DNA of 64,000 bases from an uncultured Desulfarculus sp. (GTDB lineage Bacteria; Desulfobacterota; Desulfarculia; Desulfarculales; Desulfarculaceae): contig CAXXUK010000001.1 of NCBI GenBank assembly GCA_963665125.2, forward strand, positions 32,001 through 96,000, given 5' to 3'. The notes below the pieces were generated by a model, which worked only from the letters and a program-made list of their open reading frames with translations, made no database searches and was not told where the DNA came from. The position numbers and the translations under genes were made by a program. Below, piece by piece: positions 37,763-50,750 of the stretch (its first letter is position 1; every line of letters starts with the position of its first letter).

Positions 37763-38665
37763 CTACTTATTCTCCTTGGGCTTTTTAAAGGTCAGGAACG
37801 GGCAGAGCTTGCAGATGTCAAAGCCTGGATAGGTTTCACCGGTTCGTGGGAAGGACACACCGCCATCACGGATGGTGCGTTCGAGCATCCAGTGAACCGT
37901 TGGCTCCATTTGGGCGTAAGGCATGATCCAATTGATTTCGCCTTGCTCGGTCTTGCCGGCCGTATAGCTGCTGCTGCACATTTGGGTAACATTAAATTTG
38001 TCCGTTACGAAACATTGGACACAGCCGTGGCAGATTGAGGAATTCATGGTCATGACCATCTCGAAAGGATGCTTATCATAGACTGCATCCCAGTCGTTGG
38101 CGAGATGGTACGACTGAAGTGTGTCGCACATGCCGTGGATCAGGTCTGGCGTGAATGTCGCCTTGTGCAGGGGAGCCGTGGCAAAGGCAAGCGGTTGTTG
38201 GGGTAGTCTTTTTTTGGTCTTTACGAACCGCTCGGCCTGTTCCCGGTCCTTGGTGTATTTGAGATGGCTCTCGATCTCGCGTTCATCCATTTCCTTCCAT
38301 TTCATGACAAACTTGGCATTGCCGCAACCAACCTTGCTTTCCGTTCCGAGCAGGATGTCCCCCCGTTGGCGGCTTGCGGCTACATAGGCACAGAAGGTCA
38401 CGGGATGAAGGGAAACTTTGTAATCGACATTGTTTTTGAAGTCTTCGAGTTCCTTCTCATCGAAAAAGTATTTAACCGCGACGGGGTAGTATTTCATCTT
38501 GAGGATATTTCTCAAGGCGAATACTATTCCGGCATCGCTGATTTTCCCGCCGTTTTTGTCCGCGCTTTCGAGAATCGACTTGGCGAGGGCAACGTCATCC
38601 AAACAAAGATCATAGTCCAGCGGCATTTGCTCTCCTTCAAATTGAGTCGCCTTTTCCTCTGGCAT
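37763..38665 (-). CDS. DUF169-like protein
   Basis: YYPVAVK, FC..V..R, C.NA, PDLI, SSIC, Cys-rich C-terminus. Confidence 0.7.
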   Translation of the reverse strand: MPEEKATQFEGEQMPLDYDLCLDDVALAKSILESADKNGGKISDAGIVFALRNILKMKYYPVAVKYFFDEKELEDFKNNVDYKVSLHPVTFCAYVAASRQRGDILLGTESKVGCGNAKFVMKWKEMDEREIESHLKYTKDREQAERFVKTKKRLPQQPLAFATAPLHKATFTPDLIHGMCDTLQSYHLANDWDAVYDKHPFEMVMTMNSSICHGCVQCFVTDKFNVTQMCSSSYTAGKTEQGEINWIMPYAQMEPTVHWMLERTIRDGGVSFPRTGETYPGFDICKLCPFLTFKKPKENK

Positions 38666-39278
38666 TTTTCAATCTCTTTCGATTGTGATAATTATCATTA
38701 ATTAATTATTAACCAACAGTGTGTTGGAATAGTCCTTCCTGGCATCTCTCAACCGCTACTTGGTAGAAACTTGATTTAGTCAAGTAGCTTAATTCGCATG
38801 CTTTTATAGGCATGCGCAAATTGGCGGGCCATCCATGGCCTATCAGTTGCCTGCTAGTTTTAGGCATACTAGCTATTTTTTTTCTTGTGGTCAATCGTGC
38901 CTTTCCTTGCAACCATCTGCCCAGAGGCTCCCGGCATTGATGAGCCAATGGGAACGACGGAGTGACATGAATCCGTCAGCGCCGACCATGATGAGAAATT
39001 CGTGAACCAGCCCCGCTGATTCGCCGAATTGTCCAAGATTAATAGATGTTAGACATTTTACTATCTATTGACTGACTCCGTCAACCGGCGCGACGAGCTT
39101 GGTCTTCGGCCTGACCATGCCGCTATGCCGGCGGTGTCTTCCCAAATAAACAGGCAACAAAGGCAAGTTTTCCGACTACCTTCTTGACTTGTGAACGTCG
39201 TTTATGCGAAATGATAGTCATTCAGTTTACGGAATGAAATTCGTTAAACCGTGTTTGTAATTGTAAGGCAGGTTTTGT

Positions 39279-39911
39279 TTGGGCAGTGAGCAGAGGCGTG
39301 AAAGGGAAAAACAGATGCGCCGCCGCCATATCATGGAAGCGGCGAAAGCGGTGTTCGCAGCCAACGGCTTCGGCAGCGCCACCATGGAGCAAATCGCCCA
39401 ACGCGCCGATTACAAACCCGCCACCTTATACCTGTATTTCAAGAACAAACATGAGCTGTACGCCAGCCTGACCAGGGAACTGATGGAATACATCAGCGAC
39501 CGGTTTGGCCAATGGGCCGGACGTACTGACATCGGGCCCATGGGCAAACTGGCTCTGCTTCCGGATTTGATGATCGAGATGTACGACCATGATCCGACGG
39601 TGCTGGTGGCCTTGTTCAGATTGCAGGCCAGCCAGGGCATCAAGATGCTGGAAGACGAAACCATCGATGAACTCAACAAACACGCCGGCCTGTCCATGAG
39701 CAGAATAAGCTCCGTGTTCAGGGCGGCTATTGAAAACGGAGAAATGAACGACCACCATCCCAACGCCATGGCCGACAGTATCTGGGCCATATTCACCGGG
39801 ATGGTGCTGTGGGAGGAATCCAAGCGGTTTTTCAATCCGCGTAAACAATATTTGAGAACAACCCTGGAGATGACCATAAGACTGTTCATCCAGGGCGGGG
39901 TAAGTGCATGA
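39279..39911 (+). CDS. TetR/AcrR-family regulator
   Basis: ATMEQIAQRADYKPATLYLYFKNK. Confidence 0.92.
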   Translation: MGSEQRREREKQMRRRHIMEAAKAVFAANGFGSATMEQIAQRADYKPATLYLYFKNKHELYASLTRELMEYISDRFGQWAGRTDIGPMGKLALLPDLMIEMYDHDPTVLVALFRLQASQGIKMLEDETIDELNKHAGLSMSRISSVFRAAIENGEMNDHHPNAMADSIWAIFTGMVLWEESKRFFNPRKQYLRTTLEMTIRLFIQGGVSA

Positions 39912-40043
39912 CCGGCGGCAGGGGGTGCTGTCCGCGCCGCGGCCTCAGCTTTGATGCGTCTCAACGGAATTATCACAAAGACTCGTGCAACGGTGTTGAT
40001 GGGGAGATTGTAGATTTTCAATCAACTAGGGAGGGACGAGGAA

Positions 40044-41704
40044 ATGATTCTTGCCAGTAAAGAGCGGATCAAGGAGTATTCCGAGGCCGGGTGTTGGGGC
40101 AGCCGGACCTTGTTGGATGACTTCGAGCAGAATGTCAGGGAAACCCCGGACCATGTGGCCATAGTCGATCCTTACAACAAGGCCGCCCTGCTGGGCGTCG
40201 AGACCGAACGCCCCACGTTCGCCGAACTCAACAGGGCCGTTGAAGGCACGGCCGCGGCATTGAAGGCGCTGGGCATCGGCAAGGACGACATCATCATGGT
40301 CCAATTGCCCAACTGCTGGGAATTGGCCATGTTGTACCTGGCCATTTGTAAGGCCGGAGGCGTCATAACGCCGTCGCCCATGCAGTGGCGCTCCAAGGAG
40401 TTGTCCTACGTGGCCGGGCTCACCGACGCCAAACTGGCCATCACCGTTGAGGAGTTCAGCGGCCACCGTCACGCCGACATGTTCCGGGCCATAGCCAAGG
40501 AACAGCCCAGCCTGAAAAAAGTCATAACCTATCCCGAACTGCGAGAGATGGCCAAGACGGCGCCCGACCCGTCCCTGGCCGACATCCACGTGGACGGCAA
40601 CGACATCTTTACAATTTGCTGGACTTCGGGCACCGAGGCCCAGCCCAAGGGCTGCCCCCTGAGCCACAACAACTGGCGCTGCCAGTCGGGGCTGGTGCAG
40701 GCGGCGGGCACGGAAAAGGGCGACACCAAGCTCACGGCGGGTCCCCTGGTGAACATGGCCTCGGTGGGCACGGTCTACGTGCCGTGGCTGCTGCTGGGCG
40801 GCACCATGGTCCTGCATCATCCCTTTGACCCGGCCACCCTGCTGACCCAGATGATCCAGGAGCAGATCCGCTACACCCTGCTGGTGCCGGCGGTGGTCAA
40901 CATGATGCTCAAGCATCCGGCCCTGGAAAAGGTCGACCTGGGCTTCATCAAGACCATCACCGTGGGCTCGGCCCCGCCGTCGCTATGGTCCCTACAGGAG
41001 TTCAAAAAGCGCTGGGACATCGACATCGGCAACATCTGGGGCCAGAACGAGGGCACGGCCATTATTTCCGGCGTCAAGGACGTGCCGGACATGGAGGTCA
41101 GGGTCGACTCCTTGCCGAGATACGGTGCGGCCGGCGTGGTCTGGTCGGCCGACACGGCCAAATTCATCCAGACGAAGATCGTTGACGGCCAGGACAACGA
41201 ATTGACCGGTGAAGGCGACGTGGGCGAACTGCTCTACCGCGGACCAAACGTGATCCCCGGTTATTTCAAGCGGCCCGATCTCAACGAAAAGTCCTTCGAC
41301 AAGGACGGCTATATCCGCACGGGCGACCTGTTCCAGCTCACCGCCGGCGGCAAGTACCTCAAGTTCTTTGACCGGGCAAGGACATCATCATCCGGGGCGG
41401 CTACAACATCAGCGCCCAGGAGGTGGAAAACGCCATCATGGGCCATCCGGATGTGGCCGACGTGGCGGCCATCGGCATGCCCGACGAGGACCTGGGCGAG
41501 CGCACCTGCGTCTATATCGTGCCCGCCGAAGGCAAGACCATTGACCTGCAAGGGGTGGTCAACTTCATGAAGGACCAGGGCACGGCCGTTTACAAGCTGC
41601 CGGAGAATTTGATCGTGGTGGACCAGATCCCGCGCAACCCGGTGGGCAAGGTGGTCAAGAACAGGCTCAGGGAAGACCTGAAGCAACGGCTGGCCAAAAG
41701 CTAG
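40044..41704 (+). pseudogene. Acyl-CoA synthetase (class I adenylate-forming) with a one-base frameshift near 41377
   Basis: WTSGTEAQPKG, WGQNE, RTGD; DR-[shift]-KDIIIRGG continues in another frame to PRNPVGKV. Confidence 0.85.
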
Positions 41705-41877
41705 GGAGTAATAAAGGCGGCGGGACGCGCCCACGGGCGCTCCCCGGCCTTTGAGATAAAAAATCCCCGCGAAACGGGGTGTTGTGGAATAGGGGAAAAT
41801 GCCGGCCGCTCCCTATGGAGCGGCTGGCCGGTTGCGTTGGGGCAACCGGTCGTCTCTGATGACACGGGAGATAATTA

Positions 41878-43044
41878 ATGAGAGAAGTTGCCGTTGTAGG
41901 CGTCGGAATGACCAAGTTCGGCGTCCATGAAGAAACAAGTGTGGAATTGTTCACCGAGGCGGCTTGGGAGGCCATCGACGATGCGGGCCTGCAACCGTCT
42001 GATATGGAGGCGCTGTTTTTCGGCAATTGCCTGGGTGACTTTTCCGAGGGCCAGTTGCATATGGCCTCATTCGCCGCGGCGGCCGTTGGCCTGCCGGTGA
42101 CCGCGCCCACGGCCCGTTTCGAGGCGGCCTGCGCCACAGCCACGGTGGCTTTCCGCCATGCCGCGCTTCTGGTGGCCGCCGGGGTGTACGACGTGGCCCT
42201 GGTGGGCGGCGTGGAGCGCTGCCTGCGCATGGGCACGGATTTGGCCACCCGCACCTTCGCCATGGCCTCGGAGAGCTATTACGAAGGGCCCACGGGCATA
42301 ACATTCCCCAGCGTATTCGCCATGGCCACCCATCTGTATGCGGCCAAATACGGCCTGGAACTGGCCGAGCTAAAAAAACACATGGCCAACGTCGCCGTAA
42401 AGGCGCACCGCCACGGGGCCTTGAACCCCCTGGCCCAATTCCAAAAAGAGATAGGCCCCGAGAAGGTCCTGGGCGGGCCGATGATCGCCGATCCGTTGCA
42501 ATTGTTCGACTGCTGCCCCTTCTCCGACGGGGCCACGGCCGCGGTGGTGGTTTCGGCCGACAAGGCCAGGGAACTTGGCGGCAAACCCGTGTGGGTGGCC
42601 GGCATGGGGCAGGGCAGCAGGGGTTCGCTCTACAGCCAAAAGGACATCACCGTGGTGGGCGCCCGTATAGCCGCTAGTCAGGCCGCGTTCAAACAGGCCG
42701 GAGTGGGGCCAGCTGACATAGATATGATCGAATTGCACGACTGCTTCACCATCGCCGAGATTTTGGCCTTGGAGGCCATCGGGTTCTACGGCTTTGGCCA
42801 GGCCTATGACGCGGCCTCCAAGGGCGATACGACCTTCGGCGGCAAGGTGGTGGTCAACCCCTCGGGCGGGCTAAAGGCCAAGGGCCATCCCATCGGAGCC
42901 ACGGGCACGGGCCAGGTCTACGAGATCGTCAAGCAATTGCGCGGCGAATGCGGCAACCGCCAGGTGGAAGGGGCCAAGATCGGCATGGTCGACACCCTGG
43001 GCGGCGACCTGGGCACGGTTTGCAACCTGATTCTGAAGAACTAA
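41878..43044 (+). CDS. Thiolase-family protein (SCP2/archaeal-like)
   Basis: EAACAT, SDGA, ELHDCF, NPSGG, GHPIGATG. Confidence 0.92.
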   Translation: MREVAVVGVGMTKFGVHEETSVELFTEAAWEAIDDAGLQPSDMEALFFGNCLGDFSEGQLHMASFAAAAVGLPVTAPTARFEAACATATVAFRHAALLVAAGVYDVALVGGVERCLRMGTDLATRTFAMASESYYEGPTGITFPSVFAMATHLYAAKYGLELAELKKHMANVAVKAHRHGALNPLAQFQKEIGPEKVLGGPMIADPLQLFDCCPFSDGATAAVVVSADKARELGGKPVWVAGMGQGSRGSLYSQKDITVVGARIAASQAAFKQAGVGPADIDMIELHDCFTIAEILALEAIGFYGFGQAYDAASKGDTTFGGKVVVNPSGGLKAKGHPIGATGTGQVYEIVKQLRGECGNRQVEGAKIGMVDTLGGDLGTVCNLILKN

Positions 43045-43062
43045 GCATTGCGGGAGAGCATT

Positions 43063-43449
43063 ATGCTGAAGCAATATATCGACAACCTGGAAGCAGGCAA
43101 GTTTGAAGGCGTTCGCTGCGATAGCTGCGGCGAGGTGGTGTTTCCCCCGGCCAAGGCCTGCCCGGAATGTGGCGGCCGCGGCGTCACCCCGGTGCAACTC
43201 AGCGGCAAGGGCAAACTGAGCACTTTTACCGTATGCCGGGTGGCCCCCGAAGGCATGACCCCTCCCTACATAGTGGCCATGGCCCAGTTGGAAGAGGGGC
43301 CGGTGGTTATCGGCAACCTGGTAGGGCTTGACGTGGATGCCGCCGATATGGGATTGATCGGTAGGCCGATCAGTTTGGGCAGCCAGGAGGCCAATTACAT
43401 GGCCTACGCCGTGGACAAGTGCCGGGTGCTGACCTTTGAACTGACCTAA
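43063..43449 (+). CDS. DUF35 Zn-ribbon/OB-fold protein
   Basis: CDSCG..FPP...CPEC; PYIVA..LEEG. Confidence 0.9.
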   Translation: MLKQYIDNLEAGKFEGVRCDSCGEVVFPPAKACPECGGRGVTPVQLSGKGKLSTFTVCRVAPEGMTPPYIVAMAQLEEGPVVIGNLVGLDVDAADMGLIGRPISLGSQEANYMAYAVDKCRVLTFELT

Positions 43450-43505
43450 TGCGGCAGTGGGGGATCACGGCCGTTGTAGAACTTAATTGAGGGTGGAGTT
43501 TAGTT

Positions 43506-44270
43506 ATGGATTTGAAAAACAGCGTATCAATCATTACCGGCGGCGCCTCCGGTTTGGGCGAGGCCACGGTGCGTGCCTTCGCGGCCCAGGGCGGCAAGGT
43601 TGCCATCTTTGACCTGGACGAGGCAAAGGGCAACGCCCTGGCCAAGGAGCTTGGCGACGCCATCTTCCAGAAGGTAGACGTGACCGACGAAGCCAACGTC
43701 AAGGCGGCCGTGGAGGCCACGGTGGCGGCCTTCGGAGGCCTGAACAACATCGTCAACTGCGCGGGCGTGGGTTTCGCGGCCAAGGTTCTGGGCAAAAAAG
43801 GCATCATGACCGCCGATTTTTGGGACAAGGTCATCGGCATCAACCTCACCGGCACCATGAACGTGATCCGCATCTCCTCGGAGCATATCGCCAAGATGAC
43901 GCCCAACGCCGACGGCGAGCGCGGCGTGGTGATCAACACCGCCAGCGTGGCGGCCTTTGACGGCCAGATCGGCCAGTCGGCCTACAGCGCCTCCAAGGCG
44001 GCCGTGGCCGGCATGACCCTGCCCATCGCCCGGGAATTCGCCGAGATCGGCATCCGGGTGATGACCATCGCTCCGGGTATCTTCGGCACGCCCATGCTTT
44101 TGGCCATGCCCCAGAAGGTCCAGGATGCCCTGGCCGAGATGATTCCGTTCCCCAAGCGGTTGGGCAAGCCCGAGGAATACGCCATGCTGTGCAAGCACAT
44201 CGTGGAAAATCCCATGCTCAACGGCGAGACGATTCGCCTTGACGGCGCCATCAGAATGCAGCCAAAGTAG
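43506..44270 (+). CDS. 3-hydroxyacyl-CoA dehydrogenase, SDR type (HSD10-like)
   Basis: TGGASGLG, NTASVAAFDGQIGQ, YSASK, IRLDGAIRM. Confidence 0.93.
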   Translation: MDLKNSVSIITGGASGLGEATVRAFAAQGGKVAIFDLDEAKGNALAKELGDAIFQKVDVTDEANVKAAVEATVAAFGGLNNIVNCAGVGFAAKVLGKKGIMTADFWDKVIGINLTGTMNVIRISSEHIAKMTPNADGERGVVINTASVAAFDGQIGQSAYSASKAAVAGMTLPIAREFAEIGIRVMTIAPGIFGTPMLLAMPQKVQDALAEMIPFPKRLGKPEEYAMLCKHIVENPMLNGETIRLDGAIRMQPK

Positions 44271-44330
44271 GAACACAAAAAAGCTATAAAATAGCTATTC
44301 GACCGTAGGCTTAATAAGGGAGAAAAATAG

Positions 44331-45473
<1,143 letters not shown>

Positions 45474-45581
45474 TACCCAAATAGCCTCGAATTGAAGCGT
45501 CTCGGGCCTCAACAGGTCCGGGGCGCTTTTTGTTTGCGCCATACTCTGATACCCTTTGCTGGAAACTTGCGAGAGGTTGCC

Positions 45582-47429
45582 ATGCGGTTGATCAAGTTTT
45601 CGGCGGTAGTTTTCCTTTTGTGCGTGTGGCTGGTCATCCCGGCCCGGGCCGCTCAAAAAGACGTGTCCTGGAACCTGCACCTGGATTACAGCCTGGTCCG
45701 GGAGCTGATGACCCGGCGGATGTTCACCGGGCCGGAAAAAAGCGCCGTGGCCGCCAAGGGCGAATGCATAACCATTCGTCTGGCCGATCCCCAGGTGAGC
45801 GGCGAGGGCGGTCTGGTCAGAACAAAGACCACCTTCGACATAAACGCCGGCCTCAAGATGTTCGGCGACTGCGTGCGGCCTGTTGAATACAAGGGCTATG
45901 TGGAGCTTTGGCAGGAGCCTTACCTGGACGGCGAACAGTGGCGTCTGCGCTTTAAGACCGTGCGTTCGCGAATACTGGACGAACAGGGCAAACCGGCCAC
46001 GGTGGCCAATATGATTTTGAGCCTGGTCGAGACCCATGTGCATGCCTACTTGGACCAGTTCACTGTCGATCTCTCAGCCCCGCACAGTGAATTGCGTCAG
46101 CAACTGCCTTTGTTTTTCAAGGCGGAGATGTGGCCCAAGGTTCAGGCCTGGCTGGACAATCTGCGCCTGGATTCGGTAACGGCCGGCGATGAAGACATGG
46201 CCGTGAAGATCGCCATGACCGTGGACGCGCCGCCCGCTCCCAGCGAACCAACGGCCGAGCCAACCGAATTCAGACCGCCCACCCAGCCGGAGATCGAGGC
46301 CTTTCGCCGTTACTGGCAGGCCTGGGACTCATACGTCATAGCCGAGATCCTCAGCCTGGCCGGGCGCGACCTGACCGGGGACGAGCGCGACGCCGTTATG
46401 GCCGAACTGCTGGACATGCGGTACGCCTTTGTCGACGCCCTGCAAAACGGTGACCTGGATAAAGACATCGTCCGCAAGCAATTCATCCAAAGCTGGTCAG
46501 TGCTGGCTCCGATCCTGCGGCGGCACGCCTGGCAAAACGGCATCGGCGTATTCAACTACCTGGCCCTGATGAACGCCTCGGACGCGCTCAAGGCCCTGGA
46601 TGCGCTCGGGCCCACGGTGGGCCTGGAGATCAGCGACCAGGGCCTGGCCCGGCTGGCGGCCTTGGTCAGCAAGGACCCCCGCTGGGCCGACGAACGCTTT
46701 AACGAGGAAACCAGCCGCAAACTGCGCCAAATTCTCGATATGGCTCCGCCGCCGGAGGCCAAGAATGAAACGCCGGACGGCTCCTGGCTGGATTGGCTGG
46801 TGAGCCCGGCCATGGCCGCCGGGCCCGAGATAGACTGGGATGCCGTAAAGGCCTGGACGCCGCCGGAACTGGGCCAGGACCCCGGCCCGTATATGAAACG
46901 GCTGCGGGCGATGATGGAAAAGGAGTCCAGCAAGGTCGAGGCCCAAAGCAAATTGCCCGGCCAGCACCACGGCTTGTTGGCCATGATCATCGAGGCCACG
47001 GCCTGGCAGGAAAGCTGCTGGCGGCAGTTCATCCGCGAGGGAAAAGACGGCCTCACCTACCTGAAGTCATACAATGGCACATCGGTGGGCCTGATGCAGA
47101 TCCACACCGACGTCTGGCGCGGGCTCTACGATCCGCAAAAGCTGCGATGGTCCATCGCCTACAATGCCTGGGCCGGCTGCGAAATCCTGGAACTGTATAT
47201 GCGGCGCTACGCCCTGGGCCGCCTCGAGAAGGGACAGACCATGAGCGACGACATGCTGGCCCGCATTGTCTACGCCATGTACAACGGCGGCCCCAGGGAG
47301 TTCTGGCGCTTTCAGAAACGCTACCAGGCCGGAAAGCTCTATATCAGCGACAAACTGTTCTGGCAGAAATACAGCCAGATCAAGGCCAAGGACTTCGACA
47401 AGATCGTCGATTGCCTGGTGGGTAACTGA
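45582..47429 (+). CDS. Exported protein with a C-terminal lytic transglycosylase (SLT) domain
   Basis: Signal peptide; WQES, GLMQI, AMYNGG. Confidence 0.82.
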   Translation: MRLIKFSAVVFLLCVWLVIPARAAQKDVSWNLHLDYSLVRELMTRRMFTGPEKSAVAAKGECITIRLADPQVSGEGGLVRTKTTFDINAGLKMFGDCVRPVEYKGYVELWQEPYLDGEQWRLRFKTVRSRILDEQGKPATVANMILSLVETHVHAYLDQFTVDLSAPHSELRQQLPLFFKAEMWPKVQAWLDNLRLDSVTAGDEDMAVKIAMTVDAPPAPSEPTAEPTEFRPPTQPEIEAFRRYWQAWDSYVIAEILSLAGRDLTGDERDAVMAELLDMRYAFVDALQNGDLDKDIVRKQFIQSWSVLAPILRRHAWQNGIGVFNYLALMNASDALKALDALGPTVGLEISDQGLARLAALVSKDPRWADERFNEETSRKLRQILDMAPPPEAKNETPDGSWLDWLVSPAMAAGPEIDWDAVKAWTPPELGQDPGPYMKRLRAMMEKESSKVEAQSKLPGQHHGLLAMIIEATAWQESCWRQFIREGKDGLTYLKSYNGTSVGLMQIHTDVWRGLYDPQKLRWSIAYNAWAGCEILELYMRRYALGRLEKGQTMSDDMLARIVYAMYNGGPREFWRFQKRYQAGKLYISDKLFWQKYSQIKAKDFDKIVDCLVGN

Positions 47430-47432
47430 TTT

Positions 47433-47548
47433 CTGTTGAAAAAGTCCGTCCTGGACTTTTTCAATTTCTGACCGGCAAAAGCGCGGTTTTGCCGGTCAGC
47501 GCAATTTGCGCGGTTGAACCGCTCAAATTGGCGGGCCGTCCGTGGCCC
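47433..47548. repeat. Cluster of 3-4 adjacent hairpins (REP/MITE-like)
   Basis: TTGAAAAAGTCC/GGACTTTTTCAA, CTGACCGGCAAAA/TTTTGCCGGTCAG, CAATTTG/CAAATTG. Confidence 0.55.
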
Positions 47549-47623
47549 ACTAACCTGTTGCCACATCCCAGCAGGCCCGGATAGCCCACCGGGGGCCAGT
47601 TGAAGTTGCCCGTCCCGGACCCG

Positions 47624-49675
47624 CTAATCCAGAGCCGCTGCCAATGCCTCAAGGTCATCCACAGGGGCGGCGCAGGCGAAACCCTGGCAGACATAGGCCG
47701 TGGCCAGGCCGCCCTTTGGCGTCATCTCGGCCGTGTACGGCGCCAGCCCGGCCAGGCGCTCGGCCTCGGGGCCTTCGGGACGCAGCAGGATCACCCTGGC
47801 CGGGATGAATGTCCGGCGGGCCTTGTCCAGCATGGCCCGTATGGCCGGATCGCCGTCCTGCCCGGTGATGACGATCTCCTTGGACGGCCCCTGGGCGAAA
47901 TCCACGGCCATCATCATCATCGTGAAGGCCATGGGCTGGCGCATGGCCGTGGCCGAATTGACGTCAATGGTCCGCTGGGCCGTTTCCTCGTATTGGGTGC
48001 GCCCGGTGATGCGGCCCAGCTTCAAAAGGTTCAGGGCCATGACCGAATTGCCCGAGGGCGTGGCCCCGTCATAAAAGTCCTTGTCCCGAAAGATCAGCTT
48101 CTCGCCGCCGCGCGGGGTGAAGAAATAGGCCCCGCCAGTATCGTCCCAGAACAATTCGTTGCATTTTTCCAAGAGCCTTTGGGCGGCTTCCAGGCGGTCG
48201 ATATCCCACCCGGCCTCGTACAACTCCAACAGCCCCCAGATGAAAAAGGCATAGTCTTCTAAAAAACCAGGCCCGCTGGTGTGGCCGTCGCGCCATCGCC
48301 GCAATAGTTCGCCATCCGGAGTGGTCATGCTCTCCAGCACGAAATCAGCGGCCTTTGAGGCGGCCTCCAGGTATTGTTCGTCGCCCAGCACGGCCGCGCC
48401 CTTGGACAGGGCCGCGATCATCAGACCGTTCCAGGCGGTGAGCACCTTGTCGTCCTTGAACGGCCGGGGGCGCGTCTGCCTGGCCGCGAAGAGCTTTTGC
48501 CTGGCCCTGTCCAAAGCCGAATTCGCCTGCTCAACGCCGATGTCCTCGGACTGGGCCAGGGCCTGCAATGTCCGGGTAACATGGGGAATGCTGCGGCCGT
48601 GCTCGAAGTTGCCGCCGTCAACGATGCCATAGTAGCGGTTGAACACGCGGCCGTCGGCCTCGCCGCAGATCTCGATGACCTCGGCGGGCGTCCAGACATA
48701 GAAAAGGCCTTCCTCGCCCTGGGTGTCGGCGTCCTCGGCGCTGTAAAAACCGCCTTGGGGCGCGGTCATGTCCCGCAGGACATAGGTGAAGATATCCCGT
48801 GCGGCTCGGGCCAGGACCTCCTTGCCGCCAAGCTGGTAGGCCTCCAGACAGGCATAGGCCAACAGAGCCTGGTCGTAGAGCATCTTTTCGAAATGGGGCA
48901 CCAGCCAGCGGGCGTCCACGCTGTAGCGGTGAAAACCCAGGCCGAGATGGTCGAAGATGCCCCCGGCGTACATCCGCTCCAGGGTGTTTTCGACCATGGC
49001 CAGGGCCGGGCCGCCGGGGTTGCGGGCGTGCCAGCGCAACAGGAAGCTCAGGTTGTGGGGCGTGGGAAACTTGGGCGCATTGCCGAAACCGCCGTGGTCC
49101 GGGTCATAGGCCTGTTGAAGCTGGCGAAAGGCCATGGCCGGGCTGCGCGGGTCCATGGACGCTCCTGCTCCCGGCCGGGGCTGGATGGCCTCGGCCACTT
49201 CCTGGCCCGCCTGGAGCATCTTTTGCCGCTCCGGACCGTTCCAGCGCTTGGTTATTTCCGCTAAAAGATGGATCAGACCCGGCTTTCCCATGCGGGGGGT
49301 CTTGGGAAAGTACGTTCCGGCCACGAAAGGCTTGCCTTCGGGCGTCAGGAATGCCGTAAGAGGCCAGCCGCCGCTGCCGCTTAAGACCTGGCAGGCGGTC
49401 ATGTAGATGGCGTCCAGGTCGGGCCGCTCCTCGCGGTCAACCTTGATGGGCACGTAATGCTCGTTTAGCAGGGCGGCCACCTGATGGTCTTCGAACGACT
49501 CGTGGGCCATGACATGGCACCAGTGGCAGGTGGCGTAGCCTATGCTTAAGAAGATCGGCTTCTGCTCATCCCTGGCTTTTTGCAGGGCCTGGGGACTCCA
49601 CGGCAGCCAATTCACCGGATTGTCGGCGTGCTGCAACAGATAGGGGCTTTTTTCAGCGGCTAGGGCGTTGGACAT
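47624..49675 (-). CDS. YyaL/SSP411-family thioredoxin-domain protein
   Basis: [41 protein letters not shown]. Confidence 0.93.
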   Translation of the reverse strand: MSNALAAEKSPYLLQHADNPVNWLPWSPQALQKARDEQKPIFLSIGYATCHWCHVMAHESFEDHQVAALLNEHYVPIKVDREERPDLDAIYMTACQVLSGSGGWPLTAFLTPEGKPFVAGTYFPKTPRMGKPGLIHLLAEITKRWNGPERQKMLQAGQEVAEAIQPRPGAGASMDPRSPAMAFRQLQQAYDPDHGGFGNAPKFPTPHNLSFLLRWHARNPGGPALAMVENTLERMYAGGIFDHLGLGFHRYSVDARWLVPHFEKMLYDQALLAYACLEAYQLGGKEVLARAARDIFTYVLRDMTAPQGGFYSAEDADTQGEEGLFYVWTPAEVIEICGEADGRVFNRYYGIVDGGNFEHGRSIPHVTRTLQALAQSEDIGVEQANSALDRARQKLFAARQTRPRPFKDDKVLTAWNGLMIAALSKGAAVLGDEQYLEAASKAADFVLESMTTPDGELLRRWRDGHTSGPGFLEDYAFFIWGLLELYEAGWDIDRLEAAQRLLEKCNELFWDDTGGAYFFTPRGGEKLIFRDKDFYDGATPSGNSVMALNLLKLGRITGRTQYEETAQRTIDVNSATAMRQPMAFTMMMMAVDFAQGPSKEIVITGQDGDPAIRAMLDKARRTFIPARVILLRPEGPEAERLAGLAPYTAEMTPKGGLATAYVCQGFACAAPVDDLEALAAALD

Positions 49676-49755
49676 GGCAAACTACTCCGTGCCTGGAAAT
49701 AAGGGATCAATTTCAGAGCCCCCTCTGTATTGCAGGGTGAAGCCAACCGGCGAGT

Positions 49756-49935
49756 TTATTCCTCTGTTACTTCCACCGTGCCCTTGTGCTTGGTTCCGCA
49801 GGCTGGGCAAAGAATTTCAATTTCATTTTCATCGCCGATGAATTTTTCCCGCAGCTTCTCCGGGCCCAGGAAAGTAACATCGCCGCAGGCGCACTGGGGG
49901 CATTCCGCCCTGACCGTATATTTCCTTTTGGACAT
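49756..49935 (-). CDS. Small Zn-ribbon protein
   Basis: CPQCAC and CPACG; GGAGG ribosome-binding site. Confidence 0.75.
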   Translation of the reverse strand: MSKRKYTVRAECPQCACGDVTFLGPEKLREKFIGDENEIEILCPACGTKHKGTVEVTEE

Positions 49936-50253
49936 ACCATCCTCCCGTGGGTCTATTGGTTTCTGTGAGCACTCCATATATTCATGATAAAAACGCCTCG
50001 GCCCGAAGCAAGGTAAAATACTAAAAAACTACTAATCTAATATTAGATAGCCACGGCGGCTGATGGCGGTCAAACGTCATAAGCTCAATCGTGATTGTTA
50101 ATTCGGTTTAACCCCGGCGCGCCTTGAGTCGGGCGGTAATCACCGATTACTATTGACCATATAGAATAGCCTGGCTCATGCTAGGAGTATGCCCCGTGGA
50201 TTGCGGAAACTTGCCCGGCGGGTTCTTGCGACGCCCATCCAAAGGAGCTGGTC

Positions 50254-50730
50254 ATGAAACTGATCATAGCGTTGGCCTTAGCGGCGTCTTTCCATGCCTT
50301 TGTGCTATTCGCGGGTTATACCGTGGCCCAGACGCACCAGCCGGATGCATTCACGCTATGGAACTACATCACCAATATAAATGATTACAAACAGTGGGAC
50401 AGCTGGCCCGACTACCAGGGGCTGCGCAAGGCCCGTGGCCCCCATGGCCCCCTGAACCGGGTCTACGTCAACGACAAGGGAATCAGTTCCGACAACGCGC
50501 CGGTCAACTACGGCACCATAGAAGTTAAAGAAACCTACACAGCTGATAAGAAGCTCAAGAACATAACCGTGCAGCACAAGGTCGAAGGCTTCAACCCCGA
50601 GGCGGGCGACTGGTACTGGGCCATGTACCAGCCCGACGGCACGGTGGTCAAGGCCGGCAAGATAGCCGGTTGCATCGACTGCCATGCCGGGGCCAGGGGC
50701 AGCGACTACGTCATGGTCCACAATTTTTAG
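50254..50730 (+). CDS. Cytochrome c, P460-like family
   Basis: Signal peptide; GDWYW; single C-terminal CIDCH. Confidence 0.8.
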   Translation: MKLIIALALAASFHAFVLFAGYTVAQTHQPDAFTLWNYITNINDYKQWDSWPDYQGLRKARGPHGPLNRVYVNDKGISSDNAPVNYGTIEVKETYTADKKLKNITVQHKVEGFNPEAGDWYWAMYQPDGTVVKAGKIAGCIDCHAGARGSDYVMVHNF

Positions 50731-50750
50731 AACCGCTTCGGCCGGCACCC

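Noticed and set aside
38700..39270. Short inverted repeats in the AT-rich gap between DUF169 and tetR as a mobile element or RNA
   Set aside because: Only 7-8 bp matches with no coherent structure; consistent with divergent promoters.
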